A stretch of DNA of 64,000 nt from Felis catus (GCF_018350175.1 NC_058368.1:95606001-95670000), one strand, 5' to 3'. Shown: positions 24,773 through 38,279, numbered from the stretch's first letter. Made by a program: numbers and translations. The notes: generated by a model not told the origin, from the letters alone.

Positions 24773-25559
24773 TGAAAATTTTTGTTTTAGAATCCAGGTT
24801 CACAGATTCTGAAGCGGGATAGTATGTGCTTAGGCCCTGTCCCCATTCCTTCCTTTTCTACCAAGTAATTTTTCTGTAGAGCTTTTTCTGTGTAGCTTGG
24901 CGTGAGTGACCCAGTTGTCTCATCTATGAGAAGCGAAGAAGAGGACTAAATAAATTTGATTATTCTCAATAATAAATGAGGATGATTACTTTCTGTCTGC
25001 AAAATGTTTGTCGCGGTATCTTGACCATAGGAAGTACTTAATATTTACCACCAGGCCACTCTATGTTCACGCTCTCAGGCTGTCACTTCAGCTGGTTTGC
25101 ACATGTCTACTGTGTGAGCCCAGTTTTACCCTGGCATTTCATGTCTGTGCCTAAGTTCTTGAGAGGAGCCCCAAAAGTGGTAACATGAAGACGTATAGCT
25201 TGGATCCATTTGTAGGTGTGTAGCAACAGGTCCAGACTGATTTGGAATAGGTTAATTCACCAAATGCATCCACCGAAGTGCAGGCCATAGTCCTTGCCTG
25301 CAGTTTTGGAAAGACAGTGGTGGGCTTCCTCCTGTGGAAGGCAAAACCGCTCTAGATTTGCCCTTGAATTGATTGCCTCCCTTCCCTTGATTCTCAGTTA
25401 CCTGCGGTCATTGGTAGCATCAACGTTTTTCTCTACAGGCTCTCACCTTGTGAACATAGTGCATCTGTCCCATTCAAATACACATGAATAAAGCGTGTGC
25501 CACTGGGGGAGGATGGAGGTGGGATTCTTGCGTTACATATTCCGACCAGAGAATGTACA

Positions 25560-25565
25560 TTTTTT

Positions 25566-25608
<43 letters not shown>

Positions 25609-25752
25609 TTATTTTATTGTCAGGTTGGCTAACATACAGTGTATACAGTGTGCTCTTGGTTTGGGGGGTAGATTCCCGTGGTTCATCTCTTCCATAGAAC
25701 CCCCAGTGCTCATCCCAACCAGTGCCCTCGTCGATGCCCACCACCCATTTTC
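25560..25752 (-). mobile_element. Felid L1 3' end (non-inverted part of a 5'-inverted insertion)
   Basis: (TTTA)n tail; ttttattgtcaggttggctaacatacag...ccagtgctcatcccaacc. Confidence 0.9.
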
Positions 25753-25908
25753 CACCCCACACCAGTCCGAGTGGCTAACATGAACAACTCGGGAGACAAC
25801 CCATGCTGGTTAAGGATGTGGAGAAATGGGAACCCTCGTGCACTGCTGGGGGGAATGCAAACTGGTGCAGCCGCTCTGGAAAACAGTGTGGAGGTTCCTC
25901 ACAAAAAT
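25753..25908 (+). mobile_element. L1 ORF2 C-terminal segment in opposite orientation (inverted part)
   Basis: Translates HPTPVRVANMNNSGDNPCW then, in a shifted frame, [20 protein letters not shown], the ORF2p cysteine-rich region. Confidence 0.9.
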
Positions 25909-26099
25909 AACATATATGTATTTCAAACGAGTCCCAATTATTTGATTTCTCTAGTTCTGTCGATCCATTTCACTGCCCTAAAAGGGCCCCACCCTCCACT
26001 ACAACCCCAGGGTTCCCCAGCGACCTCTATATTAGTCAAGAAAATGGTTCTGGTTTATACTTGACAGGAGAGAGCCACTCTTGGGACAATTTTGCCCAC

Positions 26100-27790
26100 T
26101 CTTGTCCTTAAAACTCCCACTGTCCTTCAGCTTCTATGGCTTCAGTTTCTCTGGTATCCCTTGTCACTTCTGAGACAATCTTCCTCAGTGTCCTTTAGCT
26201 TGGCTGGTGTCAAAGTTTCATATTGCTGACCTTTTCTGGTTTCAGGTCTGCTCAACACCCATTCTTTGAGTTCAGTCACGTTTGTCATTTTAACCACTTT
26301 ACATCAGTGACTCCTAATGCAGGCTTGCTTGCATTCTGTGAGATCTATACCAAGAAGCCCAAGTTCCTCCTGGGCATCTCTCATCTAAAAGTAGAGTCAT
26401 CTTCAAGGCTGCATCTTTTTATTTTCTTTTTCTCCCATGTTCTCCTTAGTTGCATGCCATTACACCCCCCCCACCTCCTTTTTTTCACTGTACAATCAGT
26501 CAGTATAATTATGTGGATCTTTTCGTTTTTGTCTTCTAAATTTGCATCGACTCAGTCTTCCTCTGTTCATCCCTACTACCTCTTTATTATTTAAATCCCC
26601 ATCATCCTTCACCCATTATTTATGATACTCTCTGCATCAAACATCTATGTTGCTACTCCAGGATGTGTGATTCCAAAATATGCTGCTTTTGCTTAGGGAT
26701 TATTTTGAGCTGAAGACAATTGAGAAGAAGCAGATACAAGAAAAGATATCTGTCCTCCTCCTATTTGCCTAAAAGCAGGACATAAATTTGTAAAGCTGTC
26801 TCTCCCTTCCTTTCTATGAGGAGAGAGAATTTAATCACAAGAGAACTCTAGACTTTTCTCAACCCAGAGATAGCACCTAGAAGAAGCCAACACAACCCTT
26901 TCTAACTAGCTATTATCTACCATTTCCCCCCATTTATTAACATTTCTGCAACTTTCATCCCTAGAGGCTCAAAGTCCTTCCATTTGGCTTTGTCAATTCT
27001 CGGCAACATTTTTGTTCTTAGCTACTATGTTATACAAGTTCAAGTTCCAAACACCCCTTTGAGTTACTCATCACTGAGTACCTCTGTGTATATCAACAAT
27101 ATACATATTAGTGAACTTCTTTGTTACTCCCTTGTTAATCTGTCCTTTGTCTAATTTGCAAGGACCTAGCCCCTGAATCTAAAATGGGTTGAGGAAAAGG
27201 TTTTTTTTTTGTCTCCCCTACATGTCTTTGCCTTCAATCTTGCTACCCTAAAATTTGTCTGTATCATTAATGCAATCTACCCCCAATGCCCATCTATTTA
27301 TACTATGATTTCTCTTTCTGCAGATTAAGTTTCTGGTTCCTTACCATGATGTCCTTGGCCCTTTCCTAGGAGGACTCTCTCATGTCCTGAGTTCCACTGC
27401 TTGCCTGGAATCTATACTCCATTGCTCCAAATTCCACAAATGCTGATCCATTATTGTTGACTGTAAACATTAGGCTGTTTCACAACCCAGTATTTTGTGC
27501 CAGCTGTTCTTTCTCTGGAATATTCTTTCTCCATTTGATTTACCTTGATAAAATCTGTTCATTCTTTACGACTCAGTTTACCAGTTACTTCAGGCAGTAG
27601 TTTCGTGACCTGCCCTCCTTCCCGACATATCCCAAACTGGATTCGTTTCTTTTCCCTGCTTCCATAGCACTCTGGGGAAACTGCAGCTAGAGTTATCTGT
27701 TGTCTACGAACCGCTGGTAAGGATATTGAGAATGAGAACATTATCTTGTTGTATGTGTATTCCCATTGATTAGTTCCAGTGTAAATAACT
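26100..27790 (+). mobile_element. L2 fragments flanking the MER34-like LTR
   Basis: Pyrimidine-rich L2-type motifs such as gctgttctttctctggaatattctt; very diverged. Confidence 0.45.
26648..27222 (+). mobile_element. ERV1 solo LTR (MER34-like)
   Basis: ccaaaatatgc...ggattattttgagctgaag...gcctaaaagcaggacataaattt; ends ctcccctaca. Confidence 0.85.
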
Positions 27791-28804
27791 GTTGAAGTTA
27801 TGTGAATTCTAGCCAAATAGAGCATATTTGACTTGTCTTAAAGCAATTATCCCAGAATAAAAATTGTGCAAGTATCTTCAAAAAATATGGCACACATAAA
27901 TCACTGTGGATATTTTTTCCCAAGGTTTTTTTTTTCCTTTTCTTTTCTTTTCCTTTGTTCTTCTTGCTAATTTTTTTCCTATGTAACAAGAACAAAGTAC
28001 TGATTGGGCAATTCTTAGATTGTTTATGGCACTTTAGGGATGTATGGAATAAATTAGGCCATCTTGAGGACCGCAAATCTTTCTTCAGTAAAAACTACTC
28101 GGTGACTGAAAAAGTTCTAATCCCCCAGCTGCACTTGTGAGGCTGGAATGAATTGTCAGTGACTGAATGAAGTGTCTGTCCAGCTGGTCAGTCTGAAATG
28201 CCAGTGTGGAACTTAAAAGAGGGGGTTTGTTTAGAAGACAGATTTCTGTTCTATAAATGCAGAAGGGTGCAAATGCAAGGGTTAAAAATAAACTTGTAAA
28301 AGTTTATAGTTAACAGAGATACCCTGCTACAAAAATGCTGTGGGACAACAACTTGAGGGAGAGAAAACCAAAAAAAAAAAACAAATGTTGAGAAATCATA
28401 AGTATGTGGTGGGGAAGTCATAGACGCCTCCAAACAGAAATGCTTTAGAAATTCTCTGGAGCATATTAAGTTTGTTTAAATATATAGTAGTCCTGTATGT
28501 GCTGTGAAAAGTTTGGTAGTTGTCTTGAGCAACGTTGTAAATGGATGCCATTAGAAGTTTGTTTCTCCATTTGAATGGAGTCAAGGGAATGTTTTTTACA
28601 AATCAAAGTAGAAAGATTCCATGATTTCTTTTTTCAGTGTTGTTTGTGACAGTAAATGGGGGAAATGAGACCAGCCCCATAAAATGCCATACTAATAAGG
28701 TTCGAAGAAATGGCAACACCATTTAATACTATTTTCGGTTTTTCAAATACAGCAGGGTGGTAAGGATTGCATAAAACATCCAGCAACTTGTCTCCCAGAG
28801 CTTT

Positions 28805-29171
28805 TGTTACAAAAAGGATTAAGGAAGGCAATTTAGGTGATACAAACAAACTTGGTTTCACACTTTAGGAAGTAGGCAGTCTCCTTTCAGAGAACTGTGA
28901 AATGGCCTAGAAGGCAAGATGCCTTTATAGGGTAGAGAGTAAATAACAAGGATCGACAAATAGAAATGATCTGATTGGCTGGGGTCACAAAGTCAATGTG
29001 TTAAGGGTGAGAAGGCCCATATTGCCTCACGTTTGGAGATTGGCTAACTAGTTACAGTGAGTTTCTGGTCAAGCAGAGCTTTCCAAGGGACACGAAAAGT
29101 TCTCATAGTTTCTGTTAGCTGCACCCCCAGCAGCACCAGCTCCATCTTGGGCTTGGACCGTTACTGCAACA
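28805..29171 (-). mobile_element. Probable ERV1-class solo LTR, family unassigned
   Basis: TGTT...AACA ends; 4-bp TSD cttt/cttc; reverse-strand CCAAT boxes (gattggct twice) and TATA (ctttatag). Confidence 0.55.
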
Positions 29172-29750
29172 CTTCAGTATCTGGGGATGAAAAGACAGCT
29201 CTATGCTCGTTTCTTTCTCACATTGGAATAAGATGAACTTGCATATTTAAGTTAAGAGTGTGGCAGTGACTTTCAAGCAATTAGTCCGAGGAAGCTGGAA
29301 AATCGCTTACAAATATGCTTATCAAACTTTACATAGAATTGTAGAATTGGGAATCAAATCTCTCCACTCATTTCCTAATATCCTTTACAAAGGTAATAAT
29401 GTTCCCAGGCTTCCTATGTGACGAATGTCAACAGCCCCACTGGGAAGCCCAGGCTCCACTCCCAAACCTCACCCTCACCTCCCGGAGATATTTCAAGGTT
29501 AATTATTGTGCAGTCTAACTTAAAAATCTTGGTCTGTGTTGATTGTTTTTTTTCCTTGTGCCTTAATGTCAGGAACCCATACACTATAGCTTAGGAAAGA
29601 AGGTCTCAAAGCAGATTAGTGGAGTGGGGGGTGGGGAGAAAGCACAGATACTGAGGATGAAGTCTGGAATGCTCCAGCAAATGTGGCCAGAATCATTAAG
29701 GCACCCCTGACCCTCACCTATAATTTGTTAAATGGCTCTAGACTGTTTTT

Positions 29751-29971
29751 TTTTTTAATTTTTTTTTTAACGTTTATTTTATTTTTGAGACACAGAGAGA
29801 CAGAGCATGAACGGGGGCGGGGCAGAGAGAGAGGGAGACACAGAATCCAAAACAAGCTCCAGGCTCAGAGCTGTCAGCACAGAGTCCCACGCGGGGCTCG
29901 AACTCACAGACCGCGAGATCGTGACCTGAGCCGAGGTCGGACGCTTAACCAACTGAGCCACCCAGGCGCCC
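29751..29971 (-). mobile_element. Young SINEC_Fc
   Basis: CpG-rich; TSD ctagactg(t/g)tttt. Confidence 0.96.
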
Positions 29972-31934
29972 CTAGACTGGTTTTTAGATGCATGCTCTCC
30001 CCCGACGCTGAAATTCTGCGGCTTTTCATTTTATATTCACTCTCTCCCGTTCTAGGACTTCGCCTCTCTCCCTACCCGTTCTCCAAAACCAGAACAGAAA
30101 TACTTGGCTTTCTGTTGACTCATTCTTTTTCTTCTCTTTTATCTTAAAAGCAACAGCTAAAAGAGAAAACCTCAAATCTGAAGAAAGAATGAACAGTAGT
30201 CATACCCTCTCCCTCCACCAACTGGCAAATCATGACTTGTAAATTAATGAGGTAGTTTATAGGATAATCTTTTTCTGACCTTTAAAGACACCTGATTTAT
30301 CATACATTTGTCTTAAGTTTTACTGTCTCCCTTCAAATTCAACTATGTCATATCTGTTACCAGTGCTGTATGATGAGAATTTTGTAATTATTATTTTCTT
30401 TATGGTATGAGGGTATGGTAGCCTTGCCAAATGTCAGAGAATAATTAGGATGTTGAACAGGTTAAGCTTTGATAGACTTATACCTCCTGACAGCACCTTT
30501 CCGTTATGTTGGCTCTCTTCAAAGAGGTCTTTTCAAAGCTCATACAGAAGCCTCAATGCAGCTTCACTCAGACTGTTTTCCTAGACAGAAAAGACAATCC
30601 TTGTCTTCTACGAGCCCCCTTCCCACCCTCCCCCCCGCCAGAAAACCCCCAACAAATTGCCTGTATCTCATTTTCATTCATTTCATAAGACATGGCACTG
30701 ATAAAGACTTTAGAGTTGGACTTTCCAGAACATGATACATATCATCTCCTGTGATAGTTCTTAAAAAATATACAAAGTATGAGCCCTAAAGACTCTTAGA
30801 TGCTGGAATTTCAGGCAGTTTATGGGGGTGGGGGTGATGAGATGGAGAGAGGGGCAGAAAATTTGGTATGGAGAAGTCTTTTCTGACGAATTTTTCACCT
30901 AGGCTTTGGGATACATGTTTGGGGGACATGACGTGTGTCCACAGTCAAGTAATAGCTACAGATGAGCTCCCTGAAGTCAGTCACGAATCTCCACCAGCCA
31001 CCCTTTGGAAACTTGTTGCCTTGGAAAGTCTCATTTGCATTGAACTTTCATAAGTGTCTGTTACCAGGATCTTTACTCGGTTGATGGAATTGTCTGTCTG
31101 CTGACACTTCATAGTTGGTCGTTTTCACTCTTCGGTATGTAGAGAGCCTGGAAAATGGCAAAATATTTTCATAAACTCTATAGATACCCTTTTCTCTGTG
31201 AGAGAAGGTGTGGTTTTTGTTTTTTTGTTTTTGTTTTTTGCTATTGTTAGTGTCCATTGCACCCTGCCCCCACCCCAGCCCCAATGAGGCAGTAAGGATC
31301 CCAATCTATATCTGCAACATTATAGTATAAAGTTGTTAGAGGAAAGGAAGTTAAATAATAGTATCATTCTGGTAAAGAATAAATATGAGGAAACCCATAA
31401 AAATTCACAGATTTTCCATTTCCTCAGATGAGTCAACTGGGGGAGGGTTGCCCCCGAAGGGTATGTGTCAAGATAGTTTTTGCCTTTTAATAAAAACAGA
31501 AGACGTGTTAAGGGATCTAGTGCTGGGGTACATTCCTTCCTTATGTGTGCCTGCATTTTTACCTGAGTTTTTCCTTTTGTCTATTTTGCAAAGCTCTCAT
31601 TCATAATTTCTTTACCACCATCTCGCCTCTCAGGTTCAAATCTCGCTCTTCCCTACTCCTCCAGATCACCGTCCTTCACTCCTCCCTCTCCTTTGGGTAT
31701 TTCCCTTGTGTTCAAGTTGCTTCTCTTCCTATATCTTGGTTAGGAGCGTGCTGTGGGCTTCATATCCTCTGCAAGTTGTAGAATAATGACAAAGATGTCC
31801 TTCTCCTCCACTGAAGGAGCGTGCTCCAAGTTTCTCTTAAGGTTGCTGTCTGATAATATAAACCTTCTCAAATTCTCTTTTATGTCGTTGTCTGCCTTGA
31901 TCTTGGAGATGACATCGAACTGGTTAGGCAAGTG

Positions 31935-32060
31935 TAATCCTCTCTGTTTACAGATGGAGAGACTGGAGGCTCTGAGACATGACCCCTTGATTAAAATTAC
32001 ACACTTGGTCAATGATGGCAGGAGACAAGAGCTGGGGCTCCCAGCTGTCTGTGTTGTGCT
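31935..32060 (-). mobile_element. MIR fragment
   Basis: gtttacagatggagagactggaggctctgag core. Confidence 0.55.
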
Positions 32061-32484
32061 TGGTCCCTGAGCCGAGGCTGGGAGTCATGTTGGAATGCAA
32101 GGTCTTCAACTGCTGTGAAAAAGGGTTCATCATTATAATCAACAAAGGTGCAGAGGATTTTCCCTTAGGGAAAGCGAGAGGGAAACTGAGGCCAATACCC
32201 CTCTATAGATTTACAAGTGTCAAAGTCTTTATCTGTAGGTCTCGAAAGCTTGCCACAGAATGTATTTCTCTATTGACAGCAGACCTCATGGATATTTCAC
32301 ACGTATACCTTTATACCTATATTATGAAATATAATCTATTTCATGAATTTAGACTTGATGAAATATTTTCAAGTCAGGAATATTACATTAACAGGTGAAT
32401 CTAACTTCTCAGTTAAGCTAGTGATTCTCCACTTGTAGTGAATTTCCTTCTATACAAGAAGCCCACTCAAACCTAAGATGCTTT

Positions 32485-32697
32485 GGGGCACCTGGGTGGC
32501 TCGGTCAGTGAAGTGTCTGACTTTGGCTCAGGTTATGACCTTGCAGTTTGTGGGTTCAAGCCCCGCATCAAGCTCTGTGCTGACAACTCAGTGCCTGGAG
32601 CCAGCTTGGGATTCTGTGTCTCTCTCTCTTTGTCCCTTCTCTGTTGATGATCCTGGTTTCTCTCTCCAAATAAATAAATTAAAAAAAAAACACAAAA
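32485..32697 (+). mobile_element. SINEC_Fc
   Basis: 16-bp TSD aaacctaagatg(c/g)ttt at 32469-32484 and 32698-32713. Confidence 0.96.
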
Positions 32698-32784
32698 AAA
32701 CCTAAGATGGTTTGTCGTTGCTATTACCCCAGCTCAAATTCCGTACCCTAGATTTTGTAAGCTCTGTTTTGTCATTAAGTACTC

Positions 32785-33150
32785 AGTTCAGTAGGTGTCA
32801 GCTTAGAGAAGACTTTTTTGAACAGCTATCTAAAGTTGACCCACATCCTTGGTCATACTCTTTCACATCATGATTTGTTTTTCATGGCAGTTATTATCAC
32901 CAAAAATTAAGTTATTTATTATTTGCTTACTTGGGTTTTTTTCTTCCTCACCCTCTTGCCAGAATGGAACTCTGAGAGAAGTATCCTATCACTTATTCAA
33001 CACTGTGTGTTTTAGTTGTCTATTATAATTGTAATTTATTTTATAAATATGTCCATGTCTCTTGGTCACCAGGGCATTCTGAGCATTGAGAAGCATGCCT
33101 CACTCACAGTAGATGCTCAGTTCATCTTTACTAAATGGATGAATAAATCG
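32785..33150 (+). mobile_element. L2 3' end fragments
   Basis: cagtagatgctcag...aaatggatgaataaa terminal motif. Confidence 0.5.
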
Positions 33151-33547
33151 AGGACACCTACTTCTTACACAGATTCCCGAAAAGTGACCACCCAGCCACT
33201 GTTGGAGCTGGAATTGAGAAAGCCAAGAATATTTTTCAGTAGTTTAAATTATAATGCCTGTTTACATATTAATGAAAATCAGCCACCCCCATTTTTTCAT
33301 TCAACCCCCCAGCAGAGGTCAGCTTTCTGCTTATGGATCAAATACATCTAATCTTGCTTCCACTCTGCATCCATTGAAATGATGGACAGTAGTGTCCTTG
33401 TCCTTGCCATGTGTCCTCTGTTCAGAGTTAACCTTTTCCATTTCATTTTGCTATGACTCATATTGCATAATTTTTCAAATCCCCATCACCCTGACCTCCC
33501 CCCGCCCACTTCCTCTTCCAGTGGACTTGAGTCAGTCCATGATCCTC

Positions 33548-33953
33548 AGATTTTTAATTAATTAATTAATTATTTAAATTTACACCCAAGTTAGCTAGCA
33601 TCTAGTGCAATAATGATTTCAGGAGTAGAATCCATGAATTCATCCCCTACATATAACACCCAGTGCTCAACCCAACAAGTGTCTTCCTCAATGCCCCTTA
33701 CCCATTTAGCCCATCCCCCTACCCACAACCCCTCCAGTCATCTTCACTTTGTTCTTTGTATTTAAGAGTCTCTTATGTTTGGTCCCCCTCCCTGGGCTTA
33801 TGTTAATTTTGCTTCCCTTCCCTTCGGTTCATCTGTTTTGTATCTTAAATTTCACATATGTGTGAAGTCTTAGGCTATTTGTCTTTCTCTGACTGACTTG
33901 TTTCACTTAGCATAATACCCTCCGGTTCCAGCCATGCTGTTGCAAATGGCAAG
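33548..33953 (-). mobile_element. 5'-truncated felid/carnivore L1 3'UTR
   Basis: (TTAA)n tail; ataacacccagtgctc; tttcacttagcataataccctc; 13-bp TSD gtccatg(a/c)tcctc at 33535-33547 and 33954-33966. Confidence 0.92.
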
Positions 33954-34029
33954 GTCCATGCTCCTCTTATAAAGAATTCCACCAAGTGTAGGAAGGACCC
34001 TAACCTCCTGCCTCCAGGAGGGGTTGGGG

Positions 34030-34165
34030 GAGTGTGGTTAATGGCAAGGGTTTTAAAGCCATTCAGATCCAGGCTCAAAAACTACCATTAGTATGGGCTG
34101 GCTTTGGGAAGTAGGGAAAGTCTCTAAGTCTCGGTACCCTCAATTATACAATGAGAATACAAAGA
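34030..34165 (+). mobile_element. MIR fragment
   Basis: gtgtggttaa...ctttgggaagt...tctctaagtctcggt. Confidence 0.45.
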
Positions 34166-34352
34166 GAGAAAAGATAATCAGACCTAAAAACCATTTGTTT
34201 TGGTTTGATCACACTTCTCCTCCCATAACTTCTGATCCAGCTGAGAAACCAATACAGATATATACCAGGAAGAAAATATCAGCTTTATTGAGAGATCAGA
34301 TGGTACAGATGGTATTATCTAGAATATAAACTAATAGTCTACTATTTTTCTT

Positions 34353-34570
34353 TTTTTTTTAATTTTTCATGTTTGTTTATTTTTGAGAGACACAGAAAGT
34401 GTGTGAGCAGGGGAGGGACAGAGAGAGAGAGGGAGACACACAATCGGAAGCAGGCTCCAGGCTCTGAGCTGTCAGTGCAGATCCTGACACAGGGCTCAAA
34501 CCCATGAACTGTGAGATCATGACCTGAGCCAAAATCAGACGCTTAACTGACTGAACCACCCAGGCATCCT
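34353..34570 (-). mobile_element. SINEC_Fc
   Basis: 18-bp TSD tagtc(t/a)actatttttctt at 34335-34352 and 34571-34588. Confidence 0.96.
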
Positions 34571-34730
34571 TAGTCAACTATTTTTCTTACGTACTTTTTA
34601 CTCAAACTGCCCTTAAACCAGGTTTCCCTGTCTTTTATTTTTTCCTTTATCTTTTCATGAAGCAACTAATTTTATAAATCTAGTGGAAGATTCTAGGTAT
34701 ATCTAGATTTCCTTTAAAAAACATAGTCTT

Positions 34731-34945
34731 GGGGGTGCCTGGGCGGCTCAGTCTGTTGAGTGTCTGATTTTGACTCAGGTCATGATCTCACGGTTTGTGG
34801 GTTTGAGCCCTGCGTTGGGCTCTGTGCTGATGGCTCAGAGCCTGGAGCCTGCTTTGGATTCTGTGTCTCCCTCTCTCTCTGCCCCACCCCTGCTTGTGCT
34901 CTGTCTCTTTCTTTCAAAACTGAATAAACATTAAAAAAAATTGTT
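34731..34945 (+). mobile_element. SINEC_Fc
   Basis: Perfect TSD aaaaacatagtctt at 34717-34730 and 34946-34959. Confidence 0.96.
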
Positions 34946-36139
34946 AAAAACATAGTCTTATATGATGCCAGCCTGATTATCTCTTGGATTAGTCTTTTGT
35001 AATTGGATCAGATATGTCACCAGCAGTTGTATCATCTATCAATTCGATGGGGTCAAAGTCCCAGGTTTCTTTTCTGGCATTTTGAGTATGAATATTGATC
35101 AAGATGAGGTCAATAGCAGCATCGCACGGTGTATAACTGGAGTTTTTGCTCTACCTTGACTTATTAAGACTGAACATGTGAGTGACTCCCATGTCATCTC
35201 AGCAATGTCTCCTCGCCCTGTAAAGAAGAATGTAGTTACAGATACTCTCAGATTCTTGTTTTGAAATACATTGCCCTGTGTCTACTGCTTTGCCTTGCTA
35301 CATCAGTAATCGTAGTTTCTAAATTCCAATCCTTAGTCATAGTAGAGTTCATTAGTGGGTCTAGAAATGACTCTTGGAACTAGGAAACGTTTGCCCAACA
35401 GAAGCTCTCTCACTTGATTCTTCAAAGATCACTAAGAGGAGAACAGCCAAACCCACCTTCAAAGTTCTGTCTATATGCGAAGAAGTAATTTGAATGGGCC
35501 TAGAGACTCAGCTTCATGCAAAGGGTATTTCCCTACTATCGTTTTCCTTATCTTTGGCTCCAATTTCCTTTTAACCATGTCTCCTGTACACTGTGAAGTG
35601 CAAAGATTATGCTCTTTGATAGCCCACCTGGAAAAAGGTAACTGTGCTTCCTGTTAGTGTTTGATCATTGACCCCAAGCAGTGGGCCAAATCCTCCCCCG
35701 CTCCTCCTTAGAGTCAGGCTCTTAACATGGATGGAAAGTCTCACTGGTTATTATCTCCAACCTTAGTTTAAGAAAAACAGCATTCTTTGTCTTCTTATTT
35801 GTCTTTGAGTGTCATGGCAATATTTGCGACACTATGGTTTTTCTTTTTCCTGGGTGTCCTATCATTATTACTATCTATCACGCCAACCCAAGCCAAACAA
35901 AACAGGAACCACCAGAGTTGTAGAAATCGCTTGCTGTGTTGCCAAATTCATCTTTTGGTAGACAGTTGTGGTTGTATTAATGTTATGTTTATTATATTCA
36001 GCATTCTGTCCCTACTAAGTCATGACTCTGAATCTCCAGAAAAGGGATTCGATTAATCAATTTATTTGAACATTAACTTTTGTAAAATTTTAACAAAATT
36101 CAGACTGGGCCAAGAATTTCCCTAGTACTATTTTAATTT

Positions 36140-36351
36140 TTTTTTTTTTTACATTTATTCGTTTTTTGAGAGACAGAGACAGAGACTGAGTAGAGCAGGG
36201 GCAGAGAAAGAGGGAGACGCAGAATCCGAAGCAGACTCTAGGCTCTGAGCTGTCAACACAGAGCCTGACATGGGGCTTGAACTCACAAACCTTGAGATCA
36301 TGACCTGAGCCGAAGTCGGACCCTTAACTGACTGAGCCACTCAGACTCCCC
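36140..36351 (-). mobile_element. SINEC_Fc
   Basis: TSD g(t/c)actatttt(a/c)attt. Confidence 0.95.
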
Positions 36352-38279
36352 GCACTATTTTCATTTCTAAGGTATTGGAGTCATCGTTAAAAATTTCTCT
36401 GCGTTATCTCTTTTTCATCTTAACTAGTACAACGGTACATGTGCCCCAGTGATTTCTTCACTTTGTAAAATGGCACATCATTAGAAAGAAATTTAATAAT
36501 TTATGAAATCTCAAAATGAGGGAAGATATATTACATATTGAACATACATACATGATAGAATGTTATGCAAACGTTAAAATATTTATGAAAATGTTTAAAT
36601 AATGTAATAACATATAATGAAAGAAAATTACGCAAAGTCAAATAATTAAAAGAGGGCAAGACACCAAAATGTTTATTGGATGTGCTAATATAGAAATGAG
36701 CGATCAGGAGTGATGTATGTACTTTTATCCATGTTACCTTAAGATAGGATTGCTGGGAATTTTTTGTTTTTGATTTCTTTATTACAGAAGCAATCAAGTA
36801 AATCCATTAACATCATAAATGATGTAATCAAAATTACCCTTATTAGACTATGAAAATATTTTCTTCATAATTACTCCTTACTCTTAGTCCAATCAATGCC
36901 AGCGTAGGCAACTATGATTTAACATCATCAGAGATAGAGTTTTAAATGAGATTGTCAGTTTTGCCTATGTTTGTTGCTTGATTTGAGTGTTTAGCACGTC
37001 TCAGGTCAAATTGAGTCATTTACATTTTCCTGAACACGTCATTTCTGATGTTGATTTCGGTTATATAGGCTATCTTTTTCTGTCTTTCTCTCTCCCACTC
37101 TTTGCCTCTTCATCTATCCATCCATCCATCCCTATGTGATAAAGACCGAGAGATAGACAGACAGACGCTTACATGATACACAATACCAGTGCTTTACTTA
37201 TTCTATGAGATAGTTATTATTTGTACAAAGCACAATTTTCTGGAACCATATTCTAATTATATGCCCCAGGCCACTCAAAACATATCTGAATGATACATAT
37301 GGCATGTTATTAGTAATAATGAAATTTGGGTTTTCTGACATTAATATGCTGTCTGGTGACCACGAAGGCAAGTATGTAATGCTGTAACAATTGTTCCTGG
37401 GTCCCCATCTTGGATTCTCAAAAGGACTCCTAGATTTTTCTACCTTGATGCTATCTTGATTTACAGCCTTAGTCTTATTTCTTCTTTCTCAATTTTTATT
37501 TTAAGTCTTTGGATGCAACTGGTCAGACCCCTCTTAAACATGCTCTATTGCCATTGAAAGTGCACTTTTTTTTTAATAGGAAATTATTCCACAATCCTAA
37601 ATCAGTGTTTCTTGAAAACTAGTCTGAGTACCAACTTGCTGTCTTGAATAGCAACCTGAGTGTTCATAAGGAGCCCCCCTCCCCTGCCGCAGATGAGTAT
37701 CACTTGTTGGTGACAAGGTCCAGGAATCTGTCTTCGAACCACTCTCCTGGATGATTATCATACCCAACAAAGTTTGAGACCCATTCATTAAATTCTCATT
37801 CCGACAACTAAAGTCCATTCTGTAGCACCATTTAGATGGCCAACTTGTTCCTTTCCTCTTCCTCTTTGTCCTTGTCTTTCCCTCTGTTTACTTCTACATA
37901 TTTTCATATCCATATTCCCAAGCTTGACTTAAAGTGAAGGTGAGAAAAATGGCAGCCCCAGCTCTGTCCACCCAGGCTCCACAGACAGCCGAAACATTCC
38001 AGCACTCAAGTGACATCATTGTTGGACTGCTTAGGAATTAGTTGATGCTTTCATATGTGGAGTACTCCACTGTGTGTCAAAACATGTTCTGTAGCAATAC
38101 CCGCCTATTAATTAGTAGGGTCATATTTTCAGAGAGCAGCTAGTATTGGATTCAGTATGATTCAAGTTCTTTTTTTTTTTTTTTTTAGTATTTCTTACAT
38201 TTCGATTCTGGGAACTTGCATAATTTTAGATTATGTATCTATTGTTGGGCTGAATTTGGAGCTCTTTAAAAATGACTTG

